Below, piece by piece: positions 1 through 9,595 of a stretch of DNA of 64,000 nt (positions are counted from its first letter, which is position 1; every line of letters starts with the position of its first letter). Both the position numbers and the translations under genes were made by a program. The notes under the pieces were generated by a model. It saw nothing but the letters and a program-made list of their open reading frames with translations, did no database searches and had not been told where the DNA came from. The stretch lies in NCBI GenBank assembly GCA_035291665.1, contig DATDRP010000003.1, forward strand, positions 148,549 to 212,548, written 5' to 3'. Source of the stretch: Patescibacteria group bacterium (GTDB lineage: Bacteria; Patescibacteriota; Microgenomatia; UBA8517).

Positions 1-228
1 TTCTGGCCGGTAATTGATATTGATGGAAAAGATACATCGCCATTCTTCGGAATAAGTTCTTCCTCTGTTACTGCTACCCTGCCGGATTATTCCATTAATG
101 AATTTGATGAAAAAGATTTGGTAAGACTAAGAAAAAACACTGTAAAATACGGACGAATCATCGGACAAAGGATAGAATATCAAACGAATCAGGAAAACGA
201 TAATAATGCCAAGGATACGCCAAAGTGA
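1..228 (+). CDS. Partial CDS (3' end), hypothetical protein
   Basis: Frame +1 is open from position 1 to TGA at 226-228 (FWPVIDIDGKD...KDTPK*) and converges on recF. Confidence 0.45.
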   Translation, partial: FWPVIDIDGKDTSPFFGISSSSVTATLPDYSINEFDEKDLVRLRKNTVKYGRIIGQRIEYQTNQENDNNAKDTPK

Positions 229-347
229 AGCCTCCTCAGGTGCTGAGGTTTGATGTATCTTTTTGAAAGATACATCATTGGTGATAGCTTCTAGCCTAGG
301 TTCAATCATCCCCCAAGTAAGAAACTTAGGGAATTCTGAATCTAGTC

Positions 348-1541
348 TTAGAGATTGATAATTTCTTCCGGAATCGTAAGTTCTTCAATATAATGCGGGT
401 CGGCAGTGGTAATAATGGTTTGTTGATTTTCAGAAACCTGTAAAACAATTTTTCTGTGTTCATGGTCGAGTTCCGAAAATATATCATCCAGAAGAAGAAC
501 GGGCTTTTCACCAGAGACGCTCTCAACAAACAGCAGTTCTGCGAGCTTTAACCACAATACTCCCATTCGAGCTTCTCCACGAGAACCAAATCGAGCCAAA
601 TCCCGTGGAGAAGAATTTCTAATTTCTAAATTCGAATTTCTAATTACAGACTGGTCTTGTGATCCGTATTTCGTATTTCGTATTTCGAAAACAAAATCGT
701 CTCTGTGCGGTCCGACCAAGGTTGTTCCAGCATATACTTCCTCATTTGCGTATTTTGCCAGTCTTTCCTCACTGATGGTCGACAAATCATAAGTTAGAGA
801 ATAATCACGGTCTTTGAAATCTTTAGTTCTATTTACAAAGTCAATAAACTCGGATCTTTTTTCTGTAATATAATTCCCGTGCTTAATAAGAAGTTTGTCC
901 CAATATAATAATTGCGACCTGGGAATGCCTTCATCCCTGATCCGAAGCAGAAGTTTATTCCGTTGTCTGACTCCTTTTTCGTATAGCAAGACTCCGCGTC
1001 TGTATTCCCGATCTACCTGAGATAAAACTTCATCCAGAAATCTCCGCCTTATTGAAGGAGCTTCAGTTACCAAATCCAAATCCCAGGGACCGAACAAAAC
1101 AACTTTTAAATTACCAGCAAAATCAATCAATCTTTTCGGTAATCCATTGACAAGGAGTTTTTTTTTCTGTGTTTTTTTTATACTTTCAGAGTCTTCTCCT
1201 ATTTGAACTTCCCCATCTGTAAGTACTGCCTCAAGACTAGTATTTTGCATCTTGGATTTTGTATTAAGTGTTTCCGGATTATTTTCTTCAGTTAAATCTA
1301 CATCATAATTCAAAATTCTCAGTTTGGCGGAGATCCTTGCAATGTCGGAGTTGTAACGAATCATTTCACTTTCCAATTTTGCTTTAAAACTTTTCCCTGT
1401 AGCTAAAAGATAAATCGCTTCCAATATATTTGATTTTCCGGTTGCATTATCACCAACAATAACAGTCAGTCCAGCCGAAAATTTAATTTCTTTCTTGGTA
1501 AAATTTCGAAAATCATCTACCTTTAAACTTTTTATCAGCAT
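348..1541 (-). CDS. recF: DNA replication/repair protein RecF
   Basis: Walker A GDNATGKSN, GPHRDD, signature GSRGE, Walker B LLLDD; carries low-complexity insertions. Confidence 0.95.
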   Translation of the reverse strand: MLIKSLKVDDFRNFTKKEIKFSAGLTVIVGDNATGKSNILEAIYLLATGKSFKAKLESEMIRYNSDIARISAKLRILNYDVDLTEENNPETLNTKSKMQNTSLEAVLTDGEVQIGEDSESIKKTQKKKLLVNGLPKRLIDFAGNLKVVLFGPWDLDLVTEAPSIRRRFLDEVLSQVDREYRRGVLLYEKGVRQRNKLLLRIRDEGIPRSQLLYWDKLLIKHGNYITEKRSEFIDFVNRTKDFKDRDYSLTYDLSTISEERLAKYANEEVYAGTTLVGPHRDDFVFEIRNTKYGSQDQSVIRNSNLEIRNSSPRDLARFGSRGEARMGVLWLKLAELLFVESVSGEKPVLLLDDIFSELDHEHRKIVLQVSENQQTIITTADPHYIEELTIPEEIINL

Positions 1542-2407
1542 TACATTTCTTCCTCCAAATAACTTAAATACTCCTTTATCTTTCTCAAGATTTTTGGTTT
1601 TTTCAAAGCGACTTTAATCTCCTGGAAAAAATCAGTTAAACCATTCAGTTCTTTTTTCTCACCATATGACCCGCCCATTGGGTATTCTGATATTTGGTCT
1701 ATCTTAAGTCCGGCAAGGCTCTTCAAATTAAGTTTGGCTATTTTCCCGAAATACCTTAATTTGCCGTCCCTTCTGTAATGCCTTAGAGAAACTGTATATC
1801 GTGGATCTTTGAATATCGTAAAATCGATTCCCTTCTTATAAAGCATTCCTATATAATCACTATCTTCAGCAAACACCATTTTTTCATTAAAACCCCTATA
1901 CTTTCTGTAAAGTTCATTTTTTACACCCATCAAAGCACCCTGAGTTTTTGGACTATTCGATAATTTCATTACTTCCATCCCAAAATTTATAAATTTTACC
2001 AAAGCAACATCTGAAGGTTTTTTACTATCAGCGATGCTGTAAGTTGTAAAACATTGCGGATTTTCCTTTAAAATCCGATACTTGATACCGTCCAAAAAGT
2101 AACCGGGGATTCTGTTATCCGCATCCATAAAAATGATCCATTTCCCTTTTGCTTTTTTCGCTCCCAAATTCCTTTGATGCGAAACGTTTCTTTCTTTACT
2201 GGAAATTACTTCAAGAGATAATAAACTTTTTTTGAATTCCAGACTTCTTTTCACTGTTTCGTCCTTTGAATTTCCGTCAACAACTATGACCTCAAAATCG
2301 GAATAAGTCTGCGCTGCCAGATCTTCCAATAATTTCGGCAAATATTTCTCTTCGTTCAGAGATGGAATGACAATTGAAAAAAATAAATCTTTACTGTTTT
2401 TTGGCAT
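1541..2407 (-). CDS. Glycosyltransferase family 2
   Basis: SIVIPSLNEE, VVDGNSKD, FMDAD (DxD) and EDSD motifs. Confidence 0.92.
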   Translation of the reverse strand: MPKNSKDLFFSIVIPSLNEEKYLPKLLEDLAAQTYSDFEVIVVDGNSKDETVKRSLEFKKSLLSLEVISSKERNVSHQRNLGAKKAKGKWIIFMDADNRIPGYFLDGIKYRILKENPQCFTTYSIADSKKPSDVALVKFINFGMEVMKLSNSPKTQGALMGVKNELYRKYRGFNEKMVFAEDSDYIGMLYKKGIDFTIFKDPRYTVSLRHYRRDGKLRYFGKIAKLNLKSLAGLKIDQISEYPMGGSYGEKKELNGLTDFFQEIKVALKKPKILRKIKEYLSYLEEEM

Positions 2408-2409
2408 AA

Positions 2410-4017
2410 TTATTGAAAATTAACAAAATCATACAATTTTGTTCTTTCTCCCTCAGTTAATTTTGCAATATTATCACCTATCCACAAGGATGTGCTATTT
2501 CTAAGGGTAAAATCTTTGTGTTTATTAATTAAACTAATACTTATACCCGTCCCCGATCTGAATATTACGCAATCCGGATCATTTATCCAAATCTTTTTGT
2601 GCCAGAAATTTCTGGACTCACAGTTTCTTAAATCCTCCCTCAACATATAGTTATTAATATATCCATTCAAAATAGGAACCTTACAAACAAACGGATTTAA
2701 AGTGTCAAGCCCTACCCTGCAATAATCAATTAAACCTACAAGTGGCGACATTTGCGTAATACACGATTGAATAAGTGCATTCTTTCCGGTAGAGTTTCTG
2801 ATTATTTCAAAACCTTCTCTAAGGGCTTGTGCCCTGGTCACATTTTTGTAAAAGTTATTGGCAAAACAAACCGGATAAGTAAAATCTATCTTAAAATATT
2901 CAAATCCGTATAACTTTAATTTCCTGAATAATCCGGAAATAAATTCTTTGACTCCGGGGTGTGTTGGATCAAGGGCTCTGAATGACAATGAAGATATAAA
3001 ATCAAACGGCGTTGTTAATCGGGCTTCAAAAAATTTGGATTTACCGTCTCGTAAAAACCAGTCGGGGTGATTTTGAAATAATTTACTCTTTGGGCTGGCA
3101 ACATATGGCGCAATCCAAATACCTGCCATATAACCGCGACGTTTTATATCCCGGGCAATCGCTTCTAATCCGCCCGGAAAAAGACTGCTCCAACTATCCT
3201 CCCAATCCCCCCAGGGGGCCGGCACACCGTCGATTTGAACAAGCTCCAGTGTCAACTTTTTTGGAAATATTACGATCGAATCCATTTCGTCTTTGATATA
3301 TTTTTCATTAACATAATTCCCTTGATAATAATAAGCGCAACAAAGTCCTTTGATAGGTTTTGGCAGGTGATTGATTTTATTTTCCCTTTTTACCAGATCT
3401 GCATATTTTTCCAAAGTTTGCCGAACCTCGCCGAAAATAATCGCAATTTTTTCAGATCTAATAGATGCACCCGGTTCCAAAGTTAATCCATCAAACTGAC
3501 AAGTAACCCTTACTCTTGTTCCCTCTTTCTCTTTTTTTACGAAAATTTGGGAGAATTGATTCTCTATTGATATTGCCCCAATAACCAAAGATTCACCCTG
3601 TTTAACAAGCTCTGTATACCATTCTGAAACTTGTGCGCCCTTTATGTACCCGTATGCTTTTCGAAAACTAAATGGATTCTGATCACGCAGAAGAAACAGT
3701 TTTTTCTTTTTTGACGTATTTATTCCATTTCGATATCCGGAAAATCCTGATTGCGTCCATGCATTTTCCAAAATCTTATCAGGATAATAATTTTGAAGTT
3801 TCAGGTCGGCAACTAAAGCGGAATATAATTTTATCGATTTTTTTAAATTGTTTATTACATTTATATTTGTAATAAAAATATTCTCGCCATCTATTTCTCT
3901 TTCGATTTCTATTCCGAATTGATTGTTTTCGTCAAGGAATTGATCTTTACCGTCAATATTACAAAATAAACCATAACAGGACCTTCTTAGTACATCATTT
4001 AATCCTTTGGTGTTCAT
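2410..4017 (-). CDS. Alpha-galactosidase-like glycoside hydrolase (GH36/clan D)
   Basis: QIDG..WGDW, GIWIAP, HPDW, LDPTHP, YFKIDF nucleophile, RVGLD and NDPD motifs. Confidence 0.85.
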   Translation of the reverse strand: MNTKGLNDVLRRSCYGLFCNIDGKDQFLDENNQFGIEIEREIDGENIFITNINVINNLKKSIKLYSALVADLKLQNYYPDKILENAWTQSGFSGYRNGINTSKKKKLFLLRDQNPFSFRKAYGYIKGAQVSEWYTELVKQGESLVIGAISIENQFSQIFVKKEKEGTRVRVTCQFDGLTLEPGASIRSEKIAIIFGEVRQTLEKYADLVKRENKINHLPKPIKGLCCAYYYQGNYVNEKYIKDEMDSIVIFPKKLTLELVQIDGVPAPWGDWEDSWSSLFPGGLEAIARDIKRRGYMAGIWIAPYVASPKSKLFQNHPDWFLRDGKSKFFEARLTTPFDFISSLSFRALDPTHPGVKEFISGLFRKLKLYGFEYFKIDFTYPVCFANNFYKNVTRAQALREGFEIIRNSTGKNALIQSCITQMSPLVGLIDYCRVGLDTLNPFVCKVPILNGYINNYMLREDLRNCESRNFWHKKIWINDPDCVIFRSGTGISISLINKHKDFTLRNSTSLWIGDNIAKLTEGERTKLYDFVNFQ

Positions 4018-4038
4018 TTATTTATTTTTGGCAGTGTG

Positions 4039-4077
4039 GCCTGCCCGCAAAGCCTGAGCTTAGCTCTGGCAGGCGGG
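4039..4077. repeat. REP-like nested palindrome inserted at mutM 3' end
   Basis: GCCTGCC...GGCAGGC arms with internal GAGCTTAGCTC hairpin. Confidence 0.7.
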
Positions 4078-4947
4078 GCAAAAGTAGGTTCCACGTCCAC
4101 CAAGCTTTATTTTTTTAATCGGGGTTTTGCATACCTTGCAAGGTTCTCCTTCTCTTCCGTAAACAAGCGTAAAATCCTGATATTTTCCCTCTCCTCCGTC
4201 AGGTGTAACAAATGCAAGTTCCGATGCCCCTCCTCTTTTAATCCCCTGTTTCAAAACCGATTCTATCGATTCGAATAGTTTTTTTCTTAAACTTAGACTT
4301 AAACTTAAACTTTTCTTGCGCGGATTTATCCCCGCAAGCCACAAAGCATCATTCGCATAAATATTTCCCACACCGGCCATCTTTCCTTGGTCCATCAACA
4401 AAAGTTTTATTGGTTTTTTGGACCTTAAAAGAATTTCCGAAAATTCATTTTCGTTTAAATCTTTTAGAAATTCCTTTCCCAATTTCCCTATAAAGCTGTC
4501 GTCTGTCAGCTCTTTGCTCTTAACTAATCGCATCCATCCAAACTTTCTGTAATCATTGAAGTACAAAACACCCCCGCGATCTAAGGTAAATATCACATGT
4601 GTATGCTTCCCCGCCTTCGTCCTGCTAAGCAGTACTTCGGCGGGCAAGCCAGGTAACCCTCCAACAACTTTCTTGGAAAGGGGTCTTGGGTTTTTTAAAT
4701 TTGGACCCCGGTAGATAAATTGTCCAGTCATTTTGACATGGGCGACAATTGAATAACTATTTGAAAGATCTATTACAAGCGCTTTCCCAAAGCGTCTGAC
4801 TTTCTTTATATTTGCGCCGATAATATTTTTTTTATCCTCTTCCTTTAGAGTTTTTGAATAATTTATTACAACTTCTTTAATCTCATGTCCAACGAGAAAT
4901 CTTTGAAGCTGTATTCTGATTGACTCTACCTCAGGAAGTTCCGGCAT
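4060..4947 (-). CDS. mutM: Formamidopyrimidine-DNA glycosylase
   Basis: N-terminal PELPEVE, RRFGK, HxKMTG, GVGNIYA, C-terminal zinc finger CKVC...CPAC. Confidence 0.96.
   Translation of the reverse strand: MPELPEVESIRIQLQRFLVGHEIKEVVINYSKTLKEEDKKNIIGANIKKVRRFGKALVIDLSNSYSIVAHVKMTGQFIYRGPNLKNPRPLSKKVVGGLPGLPAEVLLSRTKAGKHTHVIFTLDRGGVLYFNDYRKFGWMRLVKSKELTDDSFIGKLGKEFLKDLNENEFSEILLRSKKPIKLLLMDQGKMAGVGNIYANDALWLAGINPRKKSLSLSLSLRKKLFESIESVLKQGIKRGGASELAFVTPDGGEGKYQDFTLVYGREGEPCKVCKTPIKKIKLGGRGTYFCPACQS
4610..4651. repeat. REP-like palindrome, in frame within mutM
   Basis: CCCGCC-TTCGTCCTGCTAAGCAGTACTTC-GGCGGG; adds about 14 aa (GLPAEVLLSRTKAG). Confidence 0.7.
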
Positions 4948-5160
4948 ATTATAATTATAGACTCTTACCCCGTATAAACGACATTGTGACGCGAGGACGT
5001 AGACCTCGGGAACAACGAGTTCTGTGCGGGGCTACTTCCGGTAATTCTGGTATAAGGATATTTTATCAGATTTCTACCCCTCGAAGCTTTAGCGAAGTGG
5101 GGCGACCTAAGGAAGTTCCGGCATATAAATTAGTATATTGTATTTGGAATATAGTATATA

Positions 5161-5703
5161 GTGAAAAATATGCTGAAGCAGATTTATATAAAATATTTTT
5201 CCAAAAATAAACCATTAAGACACTACTCCCAACACATGTTAGTTGGTTTCTTGGTTTATCTGATATTTAGTTTTTTAGTTGGTCTGCCATTCAATTTTTT
5301 CTACTTTTCGATTTTCATTTTGTCCACTTATATTATCGATTTAGATTCGATTGTCTCCCTATTTACTAGCTGTAAACACATCCCCGAGGCACAAGAAATA
5401 GTTCGTTCACTTAAAGCAGGTCAAATTGGAAAAGCGTCCGCATATGGAATCACTGTCCACAAGAAACTCAATAAGTTACTTCTTCATAATATTCTTGGTC
5501 TTATTCTGGTTCTATTTATTTTATTTAATTCAGTTTCTACTAAAAACTATTTTGTGTTAACTGTATCGGGAGGGGTATTTACCCACTTTGTCTTCGATAT
5601 ACTGGATGATATATACCAACTGGGTCACATTAAAAATTGGTTTTGGATATTTAAAAATACCACTGCGAAGGGTAAAGAAGATGGTCAACATTTATTTGCG
5701 TAA
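5161..5703 (+). CDS. Membrane protein, YdjM-like metal-dependent hydrolase family
   Basis: Hydrophobic helices with H, IDLD, LLHN and THFVFD motifs. Confidence 0.65.
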   Translation: MKNMLKQIYIKYFSKNKPLRHYSQHMLVGFLVYLIFSFLVGLPFNFFYFSIFILSTYIIDLDSIVSLFTSCKHIPEAQEIVRSLKAGQIGKASAYGITVHKKLNKLLLHNILGLILVLFILFNSVSTKNYFVLTVSGGVFTHFVFDILDDIYQLGHIKNWFWIFKNTTAKGKEDGQHLFA

Positions 5704-5861
5704 ATCCACTTTTAAATCAGTTCGAATCGTTTTCTCAACTTATTCGCGTATATCTGAAATGAAGCGTTTTTTCGAAAACTTTTTTACCGGATAAACACAA
5801 ACTGGCTGTTTAATATCACAATTCTTGAAAGTCGCATTTCTATATCGTATAATCCCATAAC

Positions 5862-6140
5862 ATGGAATTCGATCGCCAACAGGACAATCGCCAGGCGGCA
5901 AATTGGCGTACGATAAGATTGCTCTTAAATGGAGTAATGGCTCCTTCAAATGGAGTTTTACTTGGATTGACTGGTTATTTGTTAATATTTGGTCCCGAAG
6001 CTGCTAAAACAGTCCTACCAAATGCAAGCGCCTCCGATGTTCAGACCTTTAAAGAATTTTTGATAGGCACTACTTCATTTTTTACAGGATCTGGATTAAC
6101 AGCGTCGGGGATTGTAGGAAGGCTCAGACCAAGAGGTTAG
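5862..6140 (+). CDS. Small hypothetical membrane protein
   Basis: TTGAAA/TATAAT promoter just upstream of the ATG; two hydrophobic segments. Confidence 0.6.
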   Translation: MEFDRQQDNRQAANWRTIRLLLNGVMAPSNGVLLGLTGYLLIFGPEAAKTVLPNASASDVQTFKEFLIGTTSFFTGSGLTASGIVGRLRPRG

Positions 6141-6147
6141 TTATATT

Positions 6148-7275
6148 CTAACCCTTCACCCTTTCAACTATTTCAGTTATATCTTTAACAAATTTCTCTT
6201 TCGAAAACTTCTTTGCTTGCTTTACACAATCCTCTGGTCTTATATTAGTTTTTTCAAACCGCTTTATTGCTGAAATTAAACTCTCAAGCGTCGTTTCATC
6301 GAAAAACACCCCGGTTTTACCATCAATAACCGTTTCCATCACCCCTCCTGATTTATAAGCAATGACAGGCGTTCCCGTTGCCATCGCTTCAACCGGAGTG
6401 ATACCGAAGTCTTCCGACTCTGCCGGAAAGATATATGCTTTTGCTCCCGCCATTAACTTCAACTTTTCTTCCTCAGTTACCTCTCCCAAAAATTCAACCT
6501 TTGAGATTTGAGATTTGAGATTTGTGATTTGAGCCAGCTCTTCACCATATCCCGCAAAACTTTTTCCGAATACTTTCAACGGAAGGTTTAGTTTCGTGCA
6601 TGCCTCAACTGCCAGATCCACTCTTTTTGCCCTCGCCAACCTCCCCCCCGCAAGATAATAATTCCTAAATCTTGAATCATGAATCTTAAATCTTGCTGGT
6701 ATATTAACTGGGGGGTAAATAACGATTGCTTTTCTGCGATAAAACTTTTCAATTCTACTTTTTACTTCTTCTGAATTGGCAATAAAAAGATCTACATTTT
6801 GCGCTGAATTAAAATCCACCATTCTCAAAAAATGATTGACAACGCTGCCGATAATCTTTGAAACAATTTTGCTTTCCCAATCTCTTGCCGTTTTATATCC
6901 GTACAAGTATCTCGGCGGTGTATGGCAATAACAAATCAGTTTCGCCGAACCTTTCTTTACGGAATTGGGAAAATACGCACCCGTTGCAGAAACAATTATC
7001 AAATCATATTTTGAAAAATCGAAACTTTTAAATACCCGCGAAGATATTAAACGGAACGGGCTGATTAATTTTTCCTTAAACGGTATGTATTGAAGAAATG
7101 ATGTTTTAATATTCCACTTTTTAAACCGTTCCCTATGCGGTCCCAAATATTTCGGACAATAAATTGAAGTAAAAACATCAGCATCGGGATACATCTCATG
7201 AAGTGTTTCCAATACCCTCTCCGCCCCTCCATACTCCTTCAAATAATCATGTACAATTGCTACTTTCATACTCAA
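6148..7275 (-). CDS. Glycosyltransferase family 4
   Basis: VHDYL..GGAERV, YCHTPPRY, EDFGITPVEAMA motifs. Confidence 0.93.
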   Translation of the reverse strand: MSMKVAIVHDYLKEYGGAERVLETLHEMYPDADVFTSIYCPKYLGPHRERFKKWNIKTSFLQYIPFKEKLISPFRLISSRVFKSFDFSKYDLIIVSATGAYFPNSVKKGSAKLICYCHTPPRYLYGYKTARDWESKIVSKIIGSVVNHFLRMVDFNSAQNVDLFIANSEEVKSRIEKFYRRKAIVIYPPVNIPARFKIHDSRFRNYYLAGGRLARAKRVDLAVEACTKLNLPLKVFGKSFAGYGEELAQITNLKSQISKVEFLGEVTEEEKLKLMAGAKAYIFPAESEDFGITPVEAMATGTPVIAYKSGGVMETVIDGKTGVFFDETTLESLISAIKRFEKTNIRPEDCVKQAKKFSKEKFVKDITEIVERVKG

Positions 7276-8669
7276 AACAAACTTCCCTGTTGTTTTTCAA
7301 CAATTTGTTTTTTTATTTTTTGATATTCGCTCCACCTTCCCATTTGGGCGGATTGTTTCAGCTCTATTTCCAACTTTGAAACTCTTATCTCCAAATCCCC
7401 TTGCTCTGTCTCTAACTCTATCTTATTAATCTCATCATCCGACCCATCATAGACCCCACCCCACTCTATCACTCTTCCACTCTTATGCTCTTTTACTCGA
7501 ATCTGCCATTCTCCCATTACTTCAACCAGCACATTGTCCAAATTAAACTTTCCAAAATACGATTTATATTTTTCAGACTCTGAATATTTCACTTCTTCAA
7601 TGAGTTCTTTTTTAAATAACTCATTCATTAAAAGCGAGGTGTCCTTATCTGCGACAACATCGATATCCTCAACTCCCATGTCGAGTCCTTGTAAAACCAT
7701 GCTTGCAGTTCCCCTTATCGCATATTGTTTACCTTCCAAAGCTTTTGCGATACGAACGACCAACATTACTATCGCGTCTTTATCAAGCTTATTCTTAAAA
7801 TCTGTTCCAGCTTTTTGCTGAACTCTTTTTTTCAACGTTCGAAAGCCAATCTCGTCAAACACATCTAAGACTTTACTACTTCCAAGGTTCCAGTTCTTCA
7901 TCTCATTCAAATCAAACTTGAACTCCACATCCCGAACAATTTTTGCCAACTCGTATGAGATGTCTCCCGACTTTTTTCCAGCCTTTAATTTTGAAGCAGT
8001 TGCCTTGTCTATCTTTCTTAAATTTTCGTAAATTTCCTTATAGCTTTTGTATTCTTTAATTAGTTTTTCTGCAGATACAGGACCGATCCCAGGCACACCT
8101 TTATAATTGTCCGAGGAATCCCCCATTAAAGCTTTAAGATCTATTACATTTTTTGGCTCCACACCCAGCTTTTCCACTACTTCAGTTGGCCCAAATAATT
8201 TCGCATCACTCAAACCTTTGACGGGCATATATACTTTTACTCTCTCATCGACTAGTTGCATTTGGTCTTTATCACCGGTTACAATCACAATTTCATCCAA
8301 TTTACTTTTAGTTTTTTCCGAGAGCGTACCAATAAGATCGTCCGCTTCGTAACCCGCTTTTGTGTAAACAGGTATTCTAAAAGCTTCGACCACTTTTTTA
8401 GCAAGATCAAATTGACTTGTTAACTCTTCGTCTGTTTCCGGGCGCTGGGCTTGATATGCTTCATACATTTTTTTTCGAAAAGTTGGTTCTTTTCTGTCAA
8501 AGCAGACTGCAATATGCGTTGGTTTGAGGTCTTCAATAATTTTCAGAAGCATTGAGGTAAATCCATAAACAGCATTAATCGGCTGACCAGATCTTGAGGT
8601 AAGCTTTGGCATTGCGTGATACGCCCGATGCATGATTGCATTGCCGTCTATAAGTACTAACTTAGCCAT
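7272..8669 (-). CDS. PolA-type 5'-3' exonuclease fused to a nucleotidyltransferase-like domain
   Basis: LIDGN, YEADD, TGDKD, GDSSDNYKGVPGIG; no polymerase domain; C-terminal YAIRGTAS..DIDV and terminal QGSLF. Confidence 0.88.
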   Translation of the reverse strand: MAKLVLIDGNAIMHRAYHAMPKLTSRSGQPINAVYGFTSMLLKIIEDLKPTHIAVCFDRKEPTFRKKMYEAYQAQRPETDEELTSQFDLAKKVVEAFRIPVYTKAGYEADDLIGTLSEKTKSKLDEIVIVTGDKDQMQLVDERVKVYMPVKGLSDAKLFGPTEVVEKLGVEPKNVIDLKALMGDSSDNYKGVPGIGPVSAEKLIKEYKSYKEIYENLRKIDKATASKLKAGKKSGDISYELAKIVRDVEFKFDLNEMKNWNLGSSKVLDVFDEIGFRTLKKRVQQKAGTDFKNKLDKDAIVMLVVRIAKALEGKQYAIRGTASMVLQGLDMGVEDIDVVADKDTSLLMNELFKKELIEEVKYSESEKYKSYFGKFNLDNVLVEVMGEWQIRVKEHKSGRVIEWGGVYDGSDDEINKIELETEQGDLEIRVSKLEIELKQSAQMGRWSEYQKIKKQIVEKQQGSLF

Positions 8670-8758
8670 AACTACTCGTAAATTGTATCAGTATACATGA
8701 CTTATATGAAGCTTTTTATTAATTTGACTAAATCATATCTTCGGATATTATTTGTTTA

Positions 8759-9352
8759 ATGGCAAAGGATAATATTGAAGTTGAGATAAAAATTAAACTA
8801 TCAAAAACAAGGTTCGAAAAGATAAAAAAAGTATTATCAAAGATCGCCAAAAGAATCAAATCTTCACACCATATCGATGCTTACTATAACCCCATATACA
8901 AAAGTTTCTTAAAACCAAAATATCCTTTCGAATGGTTGACAATACGGGAGCGGGATGGAATTGTAAAATTAAACTATAAACATTGGTATCCAGAAGGAGT
9001 CAAAAACACAACTCATTGCGACGAGCTCGAAACAAAAATCTCGGACAAAATCCAAATGCAAAAGATTCTCAAAGCTCTTCATTTTGAAAACTTTGTCACA
9101 ATTGATAAAAAAAGGCTTGCCTATGAATATAAAAAAGAATTAGAGATCGCACTCGATCAGGTGAAGGGTTTGGGGTATTTTATTGAGGTCGAGTCGATAA
9201 ATAATACCGGCGGAGTCCAAAAAGCTCACAAAAAACTATTGGAATTCCTTCAAAAAGAATTAGGAATTTCAAAAACTCAAACTATCCCGGGTGGGTATGC
9301 GGCTGAAATGATGAGAAGAAAAATTAAAAAATTCACAAACCGATCAGTCTGA
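8759..9352 (+). CDS. cyaB: CYTH domain protein (class IV adenylate cyclase-like)
   Basis: IEVEIK, DAYY, LTIR, KKR, LDQVKGLGYFIEVE motifs. Confidence 0.88.
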   Translation: MAKDNIEVEIKIKLSKTRFEKIKKVLSKIAKRIKSSHHIDAYYNPIYKSFLKPKYPFEWLTIRERDGIVKLNYKHWYPEGVKNTTHCDELETKISDKIQMQKILKALHFENFVTIDKKRLAYEYKKELEIALDQVKGLGYFIEVESINNTGGVQKAHKKLLEFLQKELGISKTQTIPGGYAAEMMRRKIKKFTNRSV

Positions 9353-9380
9353 CCGTAAATCGACCAGTCAAAGAATTTTA

Positions 9381-9581
9381 TCAGTCAAGACCATGCCTTC
9401 TTGCAATTATAGGTCGAATAGAAGCCTCTGGCTGGCTTTCGTCCTTTTTCTTTTTCGATTTTTTTTCAGTCTCTTTTTCACTGACTTCTGCTTCCGTTTT
9501 ATGCCCCAATAATATTCCGCTATCAAAACTCCAAATTTGAAAAGCACTTTTAAATGGACTTTATATTACTCTTTCTGCCAT
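9381..9581 (-). pseudogene. Small ORF with in-frame TAA at codon 7
   Basis: Perfect GGAGGTG Shine-Dalgarno, ATG at 9581, MAERVI* followed by an open frame to TGA at 9381. Confidence 0.45.
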
Positions 9582-9595
9582 CTTTATACACCTCC

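Noticed and set aside
7272-8669. Full DNA polymerase I
   Set aside because: Family A polymerase motifs and the 3'-5' exonuclease domain are absent.
9381-9581. Stop-codon recoding
   Set aside because: A single TAA in an orphan ORF; TAA, TAG and TGA all terminate conserved genes normally in this window.
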